Part shown: positions 1-12,679 of the stretch, piece after piece
Layout: the number at the start of each line of letters is the position of its first letter
Numbering within the stretch: the stretch's first letter is position 1
Assembly: GCA_965112155.1 (NCBI GenBank)
Contig: OZ218104.1
DNA length: 64,000 bases
Direction: 5' to 3' (one strand)
From: Podarcis liolepis
Lineage: Eukaryota
The notes under the pieces: generated by a model
Told to the model about the DNA's origin: nothing
Databases searched by the model: none
What the model saw: only the letters and a program-made list of their open reading frames with translations
Program-made: the position numbers and the translations under genes

Positions 1-202
1 ATACGTTTAAAGCAGACCACTTTCCCCTGTAAACTGTACCCCACCCCCGCAGAGCTACAGCTCCCAGTTCCTTTGAAAAAACGAGGTTCCCAGCATTCTA
101 TCTGGGGAAGCAATGTGTTGTTTTTTTAGTGTGTCGTGTTCACGTAGCCCAGAATGCAGGTTAGGTTCCTAGGACACTTTCTCATGTTCTGCCCCTAATA
201 GC

Positions 203-487
203 ATAGAAACATAGAGTTGGAAGGGACCTTGAGGACCATCTAATCCAGGCATAGGCAAACTCTGGCCCTCCAGATGTTCTGGAACTACAATTCCCATCAT
301 CCCTAGCTAACAGGACCGGTGGTCAGGAATGATGGGAATTGTAGTCTCAAAACATCTGGAGGGCCGGAGTTTGCCTATGCCTGATCTAATCCAACTACCT
401 GCAATGCAGGAATATGCAGCTGTCCCATATGGGAGTCGAACCTGCAACCTTTGCATTATCAGCACCACACTGTAACCAACTCAGCTA
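203..487 (-). mobile_element. tRNA-derived SINE with CR1-like 3' tail (lacertid type), interrupted by a hAT MITE
   Basis: The minus strand reads TAGCTGAGTTGGTTACAGTGTGGTGCTGATAATGCAAAGGTTGCAGGTTCGACTCCC (A/B boxes), followed by the CR1-type tail ...CCCTTCCAACTCTATG. Homologous to 49915-50067 and 63596-63713. Confidence 0.85.
246..383. mobile_element. hAT-type palindromic MITE
   Basis: TIRs CAGGCATAGGCAAACT / AGTTTGCCTATGCCTG; perfect 8-bp TSD ATCTAATC (238-245, 384-391); near-perfect hairpin. Confidence 0.92.
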
Positions 488-1838
488 AGTTCCCCTTATC
501 CACCTACTGCCACCCACTAGTTTTTCCCATTAAGTTAACTTCCTCCTGGAATGATTTGTAGATTAGGATTTTCTCATTTTCGGAGTCTGGCATCGTGCCA
601 TTTATTTTTTTTATTTAGTGCTGATGATAATTAAAGGGGAGTGGGGGGAATAGCAAAATGGTGGCATATTTGCTGTGACCTATTAAAAGTTTCCATGTTG
701 ATTTTTGTGTGTGTGTGTGTGCCAGATATGTGCCTGGCTAAGTTAGGGTGGGGAAGAGAGAAGATGGGAGATCTGCAGAGCACAGCAGCAGAACAGATGA
801 TTTGTATGTAGAAGGTCTCTGGTTCATATTCCGTAGTTCATAAACTGTAGCAAAATATGTTTATGAAAGCTTTTTTTTTTTTAAGATAAAGGCACATTTT
901 GTAAATTCAAAGATGTGTATTTAAATGTGAATTTTCATGATCTTTTAGAGAGGAAAAAAAACAGATTAATGCGGAGCAGGGTGAAACAGACCTATGAATA
1001 AGCACATGAGTGACACTGATAGGAAACAAACTGATTCATCCATCCCTTGAAATGGTTTTGTCTCTATAAAGCATAGATCTGTGTCTCCATTGTTCCACGT
1101 CTGACCTCGAGGCCTTTTTGCCTCGGGGCACCTTATTTACCTTGCTCTCCTGTTTTAATAGCATGGTGCTTACTGCTGGCCCGGCTTCTTGCCAAAACGT
1201 GTCACTGGAAAGAATGGAGAGCAAACCACTCTGCAGCTGTTTACTGAATAAACAGCCTGCCGGATGCCTATCTTGTGTTTTCTGATCCAGCTTTGATTGT
1301 GTTTGTGGAGCTGGGCATGGGGGAAGTGGCTTGACTGAACCGAAGGCATGTTGCATGAAGAACAGCGGTGAAGCTCCCTTTATTTAGAACTTTCATTAAG
1401 CACAAGGACCAGAAACTCAGGAGTCCTAGTCTCTACTGAGCACCTTCAGAGCTTTTGTGTGTGTGTGGATTGCCCCAGATTTTGGCAAACCAGTTCACAT
1501 AAAACGTGGCCCTTAGCATGAGCAGGAATCATAATTAGACCAAAGGGGAAACTGGAGAATCTCCCTTGCAAGGAAAGGCTACATCAAGTGACACACTTTA
1601 GTGGGCAGCTCCCCGAATCTGGCCACTGCTGGTAGATAAGCCATTTCGAAGCCTATTTTATAATAGCCTATGATCAGTGGTGGCTGGTGCCCTTTGGGAT
1701 GGGAAGGGCAGAAGGCAGGGAGAGCAACAGGAGGTGAAGGCAGAGCCAATAACAGGCAGAACCACCCCTTCCTTGATTATATGTGAGAAAGGCAGGGCAG
1801 GTGGGAGGCTAGCTGAGGGCAGACTGAGGTTGGTGGAG

Positions 1839-2385
1839 CTTCTTCTTCTTTGGCCATCACTCGTAGCCGAGTGAGATTGCCTTCCATAAACATGGTTTTA
1901 ACAGTGAGTCCGTAAGTGACTGTGGAGGCCAATTCTAGATCCACATGTCCTTCCACAGTGGGGACATAGGCTTCCGGGTGGGAGTTGATCACCGTGAGGG
2001 TTTGCCAAGCGTGCCTTCCTCTTAGCACATTTCTCTCTTTCATCCTGAGTTTGAGCATCTTCAAAGCCCATGACACCTTTGGTAAAGGCTGTTCTCCAGT
2101 TGGAGAGCTCGCAGGCCAGTGTTTCTCAATTGTCTGTGTTTATACTACATTTTTTTAAGATTTGCCTTGAGACAGTCTTTAAACCTCTTTTGTTGACCAC
2201 CAGCATTACGCTTTCCATTTTTAAGTTCGGAATAGAGTAGTTGCTTGGAAGATGATAATCAGGCATCCGCACAACATGACCAGTCCAACGAAGTTGATGT
2301 TGAAGAATCATTGCTGTAACACTGGTGCTCTTTGCTTCTTCCACTACACTGGCATTAGTTTGCCTATCTTCCCAAGTGATATGTA
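1839..2385 (-). mobile_element. RTE-clade LINE 3' fragment
   Basis: Minus-strand remnant EEAKSTSVTAMILQHQLRWTGHVVRMPDY... contains the RTE C-terminal LRWxGHVxRM motif; 3' UTR and (GAA)n tail follow. Homologous to 55661-55925. Confidence 0.88.
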
Positions 2386-2432
2386 AAACAGGGTAGAGCA
2401 GTGCCCTGTTTACTCTAATGAAATGGCTTCCA

Positions 2433-2457
2433 CTGCTGCTGCTGCTGCTGCTGCTGC

Positions 2458-2503
<46 letters not shown>
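2433..2503. repeat. (CTG)n-(TAA)n compound microsatellite
   Basis: Read directly from the sequence. Confidence 0.95.
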
Positions 2504-2504
<1 letters not shown>

Positions 2505-2971
2505 GTGTTGGAGGGCTATCAGGGGACCCAACTGTGCATCCTGCTGTAAATCAATGCTCTTAAGAAGCATGGACAGGATTTCAGATGTAATGCTTATTCA
2601 TATGCCCTTAATTGGATGGATGTTAGGAACAATTTGTATTCACCACCAGCGAGCAGATGTGACTTCCAGAGCCTCAGGAGATGGCCCTGAAACTCGATTC
2701 ATTAATCAATGTATTAATAGGAAAGGCATTCACTGAATGAATGAATGAGCATTTCTAGGATGGTTCACATAAAAAGAGAGATACGTTATATAAAAGAGCA
2801 ATCAATGAAAGAGCTGAATAAAGAACATCGGCTTGAAATATCACATTAAGCTCAGTAAAGTCAAGCTGGGGGAAATGAAAGCTGGGGTATTTGCTTGAAA
2901 CCGAAAAAGGCCCCAATGTAGATTCTGGGTGAGAGGAAAGCATTGCACAAATGGGAACCCAGCTTGTAACC

Positions 2972-3172
2972 CAGGGGTTCCTAAACTGTGGTCCATGGAC
3001 CACAAGTGGTCTGTGAGTGTCAGTCAAGTGGTCCATGGTGTGTCCACATTATATATTCATATTGATTTAAACTGTATTTGTACTGTTTCTTTTATTTCTT
3101 ATATTGTATTTTATTGTACTGCAGTTTGAAATCTATGGAGCACAAATTGTAATATAGTAAAATGCAAAGTAA
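2972..3172. mobile_element. hAT-like non-autonomous element, left portion
   Basis: Starts CAGGGGTTCCTAAACTGTGGTCC (Charlie/MER-like hAT terminus). It appears to resume at about 3793-3835; no right TIR found. Confidence 0.55.
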
Positions 3173-3174
3173 TT

Positions 3175-3540
3175 GGGATGTGGGTGGTGCTGTGGTCTAA
3201 ACCACTGAGCCTCTTGGGCTTGCCAATCGGAAGGTCGGCGGTATGAATCCCCACGGCGAGGTGAGCTCCTGTTCTTCGGTTCCAGCTCCTGCCAACCTAG
3301 CAGTTCGAAAGCATGTCAAAGTGCAAGTAGATAAATAGGTACTGCTCTGGTGGTAAGCTAAACGGTGTTTCCGTGCACTGCTCTGGTTTCGCCAGAAGTG
3401 GCTTAGTCATGCTGGCCACATGACCCGGAAAAACTGCCTGCGGACAAACACCAGGTCCCTCAGCCAGTAAAGCGAGATGAGCGCCGTAATTCCAGAGTTG
3501 TCCGCGACTGGACTGTCAGGGGTCCTTTACCTTTACCTTT
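3175..3540 (+). mobile_element. Sauria SINE
   Basis: GGGATGTGGGTGGTGCTGTGGTCTAAACCAC head, GTGCAAGTAGATAAATAGGTAC core and (ACCTTT)n tail; five further copies in the window. Confidence 0.93.
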
Positions 3541-3545
3541 TAAAT

Positions 3546-3790
3546 TGCTGAAATATACTCGGAGTCCTGTAGTGATTTCATGCTTTTTATTGCAGCTTGT
3601 AAAACAGTGATTGAATTGCCCCCCAAACCTCAGGCTTTTATATACATTATTTACACAATGAGTTCCATCTGATTGGCTGATTCTGCTTCCCTCCAGGAGC
3701 CTGACTGGTCTTTTCCTGCAAGCCAATCAGTTGTTGCATTCTAGAATCCTACTTGCCTATTGTTCTAGGATCCAAGCTTGGTACATAACA
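3546..3790 (-). mobile_element. Short solo LTR
   Basis: The minus strand starts TGTTATGTACC and ends TTCAGCA, with CCAAT motifs, TATATAAAA and AATAAA in LTR order. TSD not clean. Confidence 0.6.
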
Positions 3791-3892
3791 ATTGCAAAGT
3801 AAGAAAATGAAAGAAACAATAAAAATACAGTTAAATGTCCTTCCACAGTGGGGACATAGGTTTCTGGGTGGGAGTTGAACACTGTGAGGGTT

Positions 3893-4226
3893 CTCCAAAC
3901 CAGGTCAGGGGACAGCAGGAAGGCGCGCTGCACCTCCCCGCTGTCCCCCAGCTTGTGGGGCTGGCGGCGGGGAGAAGCGCGCTTCTCCCCGCTGCCAGCC
4001 TCCAAACCAGGTTGGGGAACCGAAGCCCGGGTCACGCTGTGCGCGCCCCAGGCTTCGAGATGCAGGCTGCTATCCGCAAGCCTAAGGAGCCTAACGGGAA
4101 CTCCCGCAGGCTCCCAAGGCTTGCGGAGAGCTTCCTGAAGCCTGCATTTGCCCCATAGGACGCACACACATTTCCCCTTCATTTTTGGAGGGGAAAAAGT
4201 GCGTCCTATAGGGCGAAAAATACGGT
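3893..4226. mobile_element. Tc1/mariner-pogo type non-autonomous element, right half, GC-rich interior
   Basis: Ends GTGCGTCCTATAGGGCGAAAAATACGG+TA, with the subterminal inverted repeat TAGGACGCAC...GTGCGTCCTA. Left end missing. Confidence 0.7.
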
Positions 4227-4370
4227 ATATATCAGCAAGCTCCTGTATGGCTGTGGGGACATTTGAATGACCTAGAGAGGGACCAGCCTCATGGGAACTT
4301 GACACTGCGATTTAACTCTTCTCCTGATGTGCTCAAAGACGGACCTCTTTACACCTGATACATATATCTA

Positions 4371-4413
<43 letters not shown>

Positions 4414-5589
4414 ATGCGTGTGTTAGGACCTACACATGTCTCTTGGCTGTAATTTGTTTAAAGCTGATTTTAATATTGTATATTTAAATTTCTGTAGCCT
4501 TCTCTGGGACATCATGATGAGGAAATCCAACATTGTATTTTCAAAAGGGGGCAGATAAGCCAGAGTGTTTGAATCTCCTTGAGGCCATTCTAGGCCTCTT
4601 TGGTTCAGTGCATTTTATTGGTTTACATTCTCCTTGAGTTTCCTGCTTAATCATTCAAAACATTCAAGCCTGTTAGGCCACCGTATCTATTCATTTGTAT
4701 ATGCCAATTCTGAATGGAAGCAGTGTTTCTCTAGGTTTCAACCCCTACATATTGCAGGGTGCAGTTTCAGAATAGCTGAAATGCTTTTCAAAGGCCCTCT
4801 TTTATGACCATGGAATACCAAGTGGTGAAAGTCTAGTAAGTGTGCAGAACAAGGCCATCCTCCCAGCTTTTTTAGGTTGTCATTTTGCTTCCCCAAAATG
4901 CTTGAGAAGCTGTACAGTATTTACATTCCTTTGTATAGCCCTGGCTGAATCTTTGCTTTGCGAGACTAAGGAGAATTCATTCCCCTTGAGCCTAAGGAGC
5001 GAGAGAATTAATGTTGCCTTGATGATGGTATTCACACACTCTTCAAATTAAAGAAGAAATTAGCACAGCACTTCACAGTTTAAATACAGCATGAGGAGAA
5101 TTAATGCCATTCGAAGCTGATGCTCTTGCTAAGTTGCTTCCAGGCGCAAGCAGGAGAAAGTTAGTTCACCTGGGGTCTAAAATACACAAGAGTAGCTTGA
5201 AGTCACAGAAGTGATGACTACCCCTGTTGGCAGCTTGTTAGAGCCTTATTTTGTGGAGCAGACTTACAATGAAACTAATTGCAAATTACAGTTAAAAAAT
5301 TCATGTGCATTTACAGGGCGCAACTTAGAGTGTTGAACAGAAGCACTGAGCCTGTCAAACCGGAAGGTTGACTGGATTGCATAATTGATAGCCTTTGACC
5401 CAAGAGCGCCTGTGAGGTCACAAAAGAGCCATCTTCTAGGGTTATAGGCTTCCTGGGTGTCTCTGATTTACTTTAGTTATACTGTGCATTCCCCAAGCCA
5501 TTAATAAAAACAAATAAAAGTAGAACTATAGTATGCTAACAAATAACAATGCTAAATCCAGAGAATCTGGAGGTGCACTCCATTGTTTT

Positions 5590-6098
<509 letters not shown>

Positions 6099-6859
6099 CA
6101 TTGTTTTTTGAGACGGACAGATGCCAACAACAACTCCACGCATAATGTTTCTCCTTCTTTTACAAAGTCTGCAATGTATTGCCCTGATCTTTACAGAGAA
6201 TTATTGCAAATAACTCACCTGACTCTTTCGTTTCTTCTAACTGCCACAAAAGACTTCCTGAATAATGGCAGAACATTGCTATCATTCATTATCTTTTTTG
6301 CTCTGTAGGAATTTCCTCCTAGTAGCCTGCAGCAAACTTTTAACTCTCCCTGCTGCTGACGGGCAGCATCATTGAATGGTAAATAATACTTGCCTCTGTG
6401 TATGTGCCTGTAAACTTCACGTGTCTACTACAAAACACAGGGCACCTTGAGCTCCCATTTTTACAAGCTGCTATCATTTTCTTCCTCCTTCACTTTATGA
6501 CAAAGACTTTGCTGCGACAGATAATGAAACCTTACAAATGGATAACTACTGCAACTGCTTTGCTATAAACACAGCTTGTGCAGCGTATGATATGATGGAG
6601 CTGGTTTTGAACAGCAGGGAGGGATAAAACACACCCCTCCTGTCTGTTGATACCAGAGAAACCTAAATGAATTAATGCTCATGTTCCATAACAGTGGAAG
6701 CTATTAACCAACAAAGCAATTAAAAAGAGTTCATAATCGACAGTGGTGATACATGTATATTAAGTTACCGAGACTTTTACATAAATTACTAAGGGATAAA
6801 ATTACACATTATGGTGCTTTCAGTTTTTGTGGTTTTTTTTTTAAGGCCTGCTTCATTTG

Positions 6860-7210
6860 TTGACTTAACATATCTACAGCCTCTTCAATAGCCAAAGTGC
6901 TCTAGGAAGGTCACAATAAAATTGTGTTGTAAGCTGGCATCTGATGAATTTCAGAGGGCAGGGGGAGTTCCACAGTCTGGGTGCCACTGTGAAGGTGCTC
7001 TTCTCTGGCATCACTGCACAATGAATGCCTCCTGGTTATGGGAAGACATTGAGGAAGGTGTCCATGTCCCATCTTAACACCTAGACAGGTCTATTCGGAC
7101 AGACACTCCTTCAGGTATGTAGATCTCGAGTTGTTCAAGGCCTTGAAAATTCAGAGGGTAACTATATTGGCAAGCAGTGCAAGTCTTTAAGAACTGGTGC
7201 GATATGACAC
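6860..7210 (-). mobile_element. Old L2-like LINE 3' fragment
   Basis: GGGAGTTCCACAGTCTGGGTGCCAC...GGCAAGCAGTGCAAGTCTTTAAGAACTGG resembles antisense squamate L2 3' ends; similar to 48830-48870 and 49160-49200. Confidence 0.5.
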
Positions 7211-8949
7211 CAACTGGCCACTGTTTAGCAGCAATCAAGAGTTAGAGGATACAGAGTCTTGAGTTAAGGAACCAGATCTGCTGCTGGGATTCAGACCAAT
7301 GAAGCTGAAGGACATGAACCCTCAAAATGTCCTTTTGTGGCCATAGGGCCAGAGCTCTGTCCTCGTGCTCAGCTTCCCTGGAGCCTGAGGAGTCGGGCAC
7401 CTCCCACAGGACCTCACTGGTCCAATGGCACAGGGAGAAAACTAGGAGGGAACCCATTAGTAAGAGGATGAGTGACCATCTTCAGGCCAGAGAGATGAAA
7501 CTTTAAGAATCCACCGCTATCAACTTGGGGATGGAGGTTCCAAAAGGCTTGGGGCTTCTGCACACTCTTCTGCTCTTTTCATGCATGGTCTGTGCTTTAA
7601 TGCTCTGCGTCTGGGTGACCCCCCCCATAGCTTTCCCTGCAAAAACCCACTCCTTAAAGCTAAGAGCAAACAGCAGTCAACAGAACATCCAAATTGATGC
7701 TTGTTCCAATTGAGTGCTAAAGAGCAGGTTTTCGTGGGGAAAACTTTGGGGCACAAAGCACGCATGCTCGGACACAGAACTTTTAAGCGCGGACCTGTGC
7801 CTAAAAGAGCAGCGCAACAGGTGAGTGTGGATAAGCCCTTGGTCTGTTCTCAACCTTCGTGGGAACAAATTGCACCCTTGGTGCTATCCGTGGTCCTGCA
7901 ACTTTTGAGCCCTCTTGTCACACAGTTTCTGGCATCAGATTTGGTTTTTTTTTTAAGGAGATGCAGCTGTGCAGAGCCTTAATCTGGAATGTGTTCCCAA
8001 TCTGGAGAGAAGCCACACACCAGTTTCCTATCTGAAATCCACCCTCATTCCTGTCTCCTAGTGTCTGAGTACAGGCATTCCTCTTCAAATGCTCTCTGCT
8101 ATGCTCTCTTCAATCCATATCAAGTTGGTAGGCCTAATGGTGGCATTTTCTGCAGTCCCTTTTGGCTTCCTTATGACTTCCCACAAGTACCAGCTGGTCA
8201 ACAGGCCCAGCTACATCTTCTCCACCAATCAGACACAAAGAAGATGTACCTAGAACCTGAAATGACCCTACAGCTTCCCCCTTCTGTATAAGACGCCTCA
8301 GTGCTGCTTGTCCCAGTTTTGTCAGTGAATAACCAAGCTTCAAAGGAAGAAGCTGCTGGATCAGGCTGATGGCCCAGCTAGTCCAGCATCATGTTCTCAC
8401 AACGGCCAACCAGATGACTATGGGAAGCCCACAAACACCTAAGCACAACCATGCTCTCCTCACTTGAGCATCTGAGAGTTAAATTCGAAATTCCTGCAGC
8501 TGGCTAAGTTTAGGCGAAGTTGAGTAAACACAATCTTCCCTGATGTTGTTATCGTCAAGCATTATAATTTGGACCTGAAAAGGCTTCTGTGTTATCATAA
8601 GACTTGAGCATACAGACTTGATTATATATTCTTTCCTTAAGTTTTTGTTTCATTTTGGAACGGCTGGCACAATCTGTATGTAAATGTTTCTCAAAGCTCG
8701 TAGGACCGTAATGGGTTTGTTTTCTTAAAGGAAAAAACCTACTGCATCACCCTGGCATAATTGAACATGAAGAGGAGATCAGAATTAAGAGCAGCTGCCT
8801 TCAATAGATTGCTGCAGGGTGGGGAAAGAGAACAAATTACGGTAGTTTGTTTTTGGTAACTTGGATTTTTATGGCTGAAGGGGCCCATGTGAAGTAGTAT
8901 ACAGGAATTCTGTTCTATTCTATTCTAGTTTAGTCTAGTCTAGTCTATA

Positions 8950-9309
8950 GGATGTGGGTGGCGCTACGGGTTTAACCACAGAGCCTAGGACTAGCTGATC
9001 AGAAGGTCGGCGGTTCGAATCCCCGCAACGGGGTGAGCTCCCGTTGCTCGGTCCCAGCTCCTGCCCACCTAGCAGTTCAAAAGCACATCAAAGTGCAAGT
9101 AGATAAATAGGTACCGCTCCGGTGGGAAGGTAAACGGCATTTCCGTGTGCTGCTCTGGTTTGCCAGAAGCAGCTTTGTCATGCTGGCCACATGACCCGGA
9201 AGCTGTCTGCGGACAAACGCTGGCTCCCTCGGCCTATAGAGTGAGATGAGTGCACAACCCCAGAGTCAGTCACGACTGGACCTAATGGTCAGGGGTACCT
9301 TTACCTCTT
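8950..9309 (+). mobile_element. Sauria SINE
   Basis: Full-length copy with TSD TAGTCTAGTCTATA, inserted next to a (TAGTC)n repeat. Confidence 0.93.
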
Positions 9310-9518
9310 TAGTCTAGTCTATATATTACACTTGTATCCAACCCTTCCTCACAAAGGAGCCCCAGGAGGTAGGCATATCAACAGAAGGAAGTCTAGGAAC
9401 TGTAGTGCATGCAGGAAACTAGACATACCCAACAGATACTCCACTGTGGGTGTAAAGTAAGAATGCCTCTTATAAAATGGCCTTTCCCTTAGTCCAAGCT
9501 TTCCCAAATGAGAGCAAC

Positions 9519-9552
<34 letters not shown>

Positions 9553-10394
9553 CTGCAAAAATGTGACACCACACCTACAGTGGGGGTGGGTGGGTTGGTT
9601 ATTGGTTTCGGAAGGAGTAATGCCTGTGAACATCAACAGATGGCCACCCTTACCTATGGGCCTCTGCCTTGCTTACATTTGCCATGTTTTGCTACTGTAA
9701 ATTTCTCGAGGTGCATTGTGTCAAAGTGGCTGGAGAGGTGAACATCTGCTTCTGTGCTCTCATGCTGTAAATTTGTATTCTGGTTTGAGAGAATGATTGG
9801 CTGGTTGGTTAGTTTCCCTCCCTCCCCCCCCCCCCAATTGTAGCTGGCCCTGTATTTACACATGTGGACGCCAAGTGGTTCAGCTCTGTGGTTAGCGGGC
9901 TGTGGCTACGAGAAAAGATAATGCGTTGTTACGGAGCACACATGCTTTACATTAAAGGGAGCGCTTTTTTAAAAAAATGTGCAGGACAAGTGTGTTTATT
10001 TTAACAGTTTATATGTGCTGAACTTGCTCATGCTGCTCTATGGGATGGGCTAGCATCTGGCTTGCAGGTGTCACTGAGTCAGTGCCACGGATGTCTCCAT
10101 GTCCTCAAGCAACCTTGGTTGATAAGCCTCACAAACATATCCAGAAACATAAAGGCATCTAAAGGGGCTTCTCTTCTTAAAAATAGCTCTATTGATCTGA
10201 CCCTTAGAGCAGTGGTTTGGGAAGTATCTTAAACTATTTAAGGTTCAGCTTTTAAAAGGCTGAACTGGTTACACACCTGGCCTGGTGCAATGTTGCCATT
10301 GATAACCTTTGCTTCTTCTTCTTCCATGAATTGGTCTAAACACCCTTTCAAAGGTGCCTAAAAGTTTGTGGTCATCACATCATTTTTTGTAGTA

Positions 10395-10545
10395 CAGTCA
10401 TATCTTGGTTTTCAAACAACTTAGTTCTCGAACGTTTTGGTTTCCGAACGCTCCAAACCCGGAAGTGAGTGTCCCGGTTTGCAAACTATTTTTGGAAGCC
10501 GAATGTCCGGCGCGGCTTGCACGGCTTCTGATTGGCTTTCAAAGT
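10395..10545. mobile_element. Tigger/pogo-like MITE, truncated
   Basis: TA+CAGTCATATCTTGG start; homologous to 18906-19159 and 22362-22593. Confidence 0.7.
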
Positions 10546-12469
10546 ATGTTGTTTGGTTTGGATCTCCCGACTTCTGATGTGCTTCTTCATCTCATAACTT
10601 GCATATGCCATGTGGTTTCCCTTCCTTCCCCCGCTGCTTCTGTACATGCTATGCATTGCTAATTTACAATGAGAAGATAAACCGGAGCCACTCCAGGCCC
10701 CTACTAGCCTCTGTACGGCAAATGTTGAAACACAAAATGGACATCTTTACACACAAGTCTCCTAACATTTTCTTTCCACTGATGAAAGAGCGATTGTCTG
10801 TTGGGCTGCTGCTGGGTAATTAGATATGCCTCTGCATCTTTGTTGGTTGGGACACAAAGGCCTCATTCCTCTTCCCCCAGGCACTGTTGTCTGGAGTCAA
10901 GATGGGAGGCTGTGTTTTGAACATGGTTGGTAAGTTGTGCCATTTTTAGGGGGTGAAAAACAATGGCATTAAGGAGTGGTAGGGAAGTATATAGAGCTTT
11001 TCATACAAAAGGTCCCAGGTTCAGTTCCTGTTATCTTCAAGTAGGGCTGGGAGAGACTCCCTTTCAGAAATCCTGGGGAGCTGCTGCCAGTCAGTGCTGG
11101 ATAGACAAATGTTCAGCTTCCCCTGTTCCTAGGTGATGCGGGCAAGAGCTCATCACCCTATCAACAAGGTAACAGATACCAAGACAGGAGGAGCTCCAAC
11201 CATCTTAGGAGGTGATGGAGATGTGCTCCCCTTCTTGTGGGATATAGCAGCTATGAAGGATTTGGGAAGGAAACAGGAAGCAAGCCTCAGTCAAGAGGGA
11301 GGAAGGGCGGGATAAAATCAATCAATAAATCAATCAATCATTTTTTTAATTATTTATTTTAGGGCTGGAGGCAGCTGGGCTAGAGAGGCTTCTCCTAGTG
11401 CTCAGCTGGGTGTTTGAAAGTTGAGCTGAGGAGGAAGAGAGCTCCCCTCTTGACAGAACCACATTCCTGCATTCTCTTGTCAAATCCTTCTGCTACTCCT
11501 TTCACTTGACTTTGCAATTCTGTTGCCGCTTGTTCGTAAACATTTTGCATTTTTGGGGTGGGGGAATTCCCAAGTGGTGAGTTCAAGTCAACACACTCTT
11601 TTTATCTCTCTATCCTCCCACCCTGTCCCAGTTCTGAAGCTTAGCTGTCCCCTTGACTTATTTGTTGGAAGCTGCCCAGAGTGGCTGGGGCAAGCCACCC
11701 AGATGGGCAGGGTACAAATAATAAGCCCCCTTATTGTTGTTATAAGCCCCCTTATCTCCCCTGCAGCATCTGCCTACAACTCCTCCCTATCCCTGGGCCC
11801 CGTGTGATGTTTCAAAATGCAGCATTTGCTTTTTCTTGGAGACCAAATAAGAAGCTTTTATTTTTTCTGGGGATGGCAAGAATTGGGAGTTGGTATAACG
11901 ATCTCTCTCCACCCACCCCTGATGCTCAGAGAACTGCCATTGTTCCAACTTGGCTCCAACCCCCCGTTTGGAAAACACGGCTGTTTGGGATGGGCGCTTG
12001 AACTGCAATACTTCATTCCGATGGAATCTCCTGCTTGAGAACAAACCCTTAAGCAAACAGTTGACTGTGCTGACAAATCTCTTGGGATTTGCCCTTCCCC
12101 GTCCCTGCCTCCTTCTGTGGCATCCTAGGTAGGCAGATGCACACCTGGAGATACAGGCAAGATGTGTGGGTGCAGAATAGGGACTGGGGGGAAGGGAAGA
12201 AATTCAATCCAGCCCGCATTTTAACGGCGAACCCACCCATGCACACGTCCTGAAACAATATGCGAACTGAAAAACAGCTATCCTTTGAAATTTGCGCTCA
12301 CAGCAATGTGAATGAGTTAGCAGGGCAGGATACTAATACAGTGCTACCTCAGATTACAGACTCTGCTAACCCAGAAATAGTACCTCGGGTAAGAACTTTG
12401 CTTCAGGATGAGAACAGAAATCGCTTGGCAGCGGCAATGTGAATGAGTTAGCAGGGCAGAATACTAATA

Positions 12470-12679
12470 CAGTGGTACCTTGGGTTACAGACGCTTCAGG
12501 TTACAGACTCCGCTAACCCAGAAATAGTACCTCAGGTTAAGAACTTTGCTTCAGGATGAGAACAGAAATGGCGACATTGGGATGCCCCATTAGCTAAAGT
12601 GGTACCTCAGGTTAAGAACAGTTTCAGGTTAAGAACGGTCCTCCAGAACGAATTAAGTTCTTAACCTGAGGTACCACTG
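12470..12679. mobile_element. Tigger/pogo-like MITE (TIR CAGTGGTACCT)
   Basis: TA-flanked TIRs CAGTGGTACCT/AGGTACCACTG. A partial duplicate with flank lies immediately upstream (12303-12433). Confidence 0.9.

Noticed and set aside
6309-6378. Coding exon after the CTCTGTAG acceptor
   Set aside because: Stops in all three frames and a weak donor.
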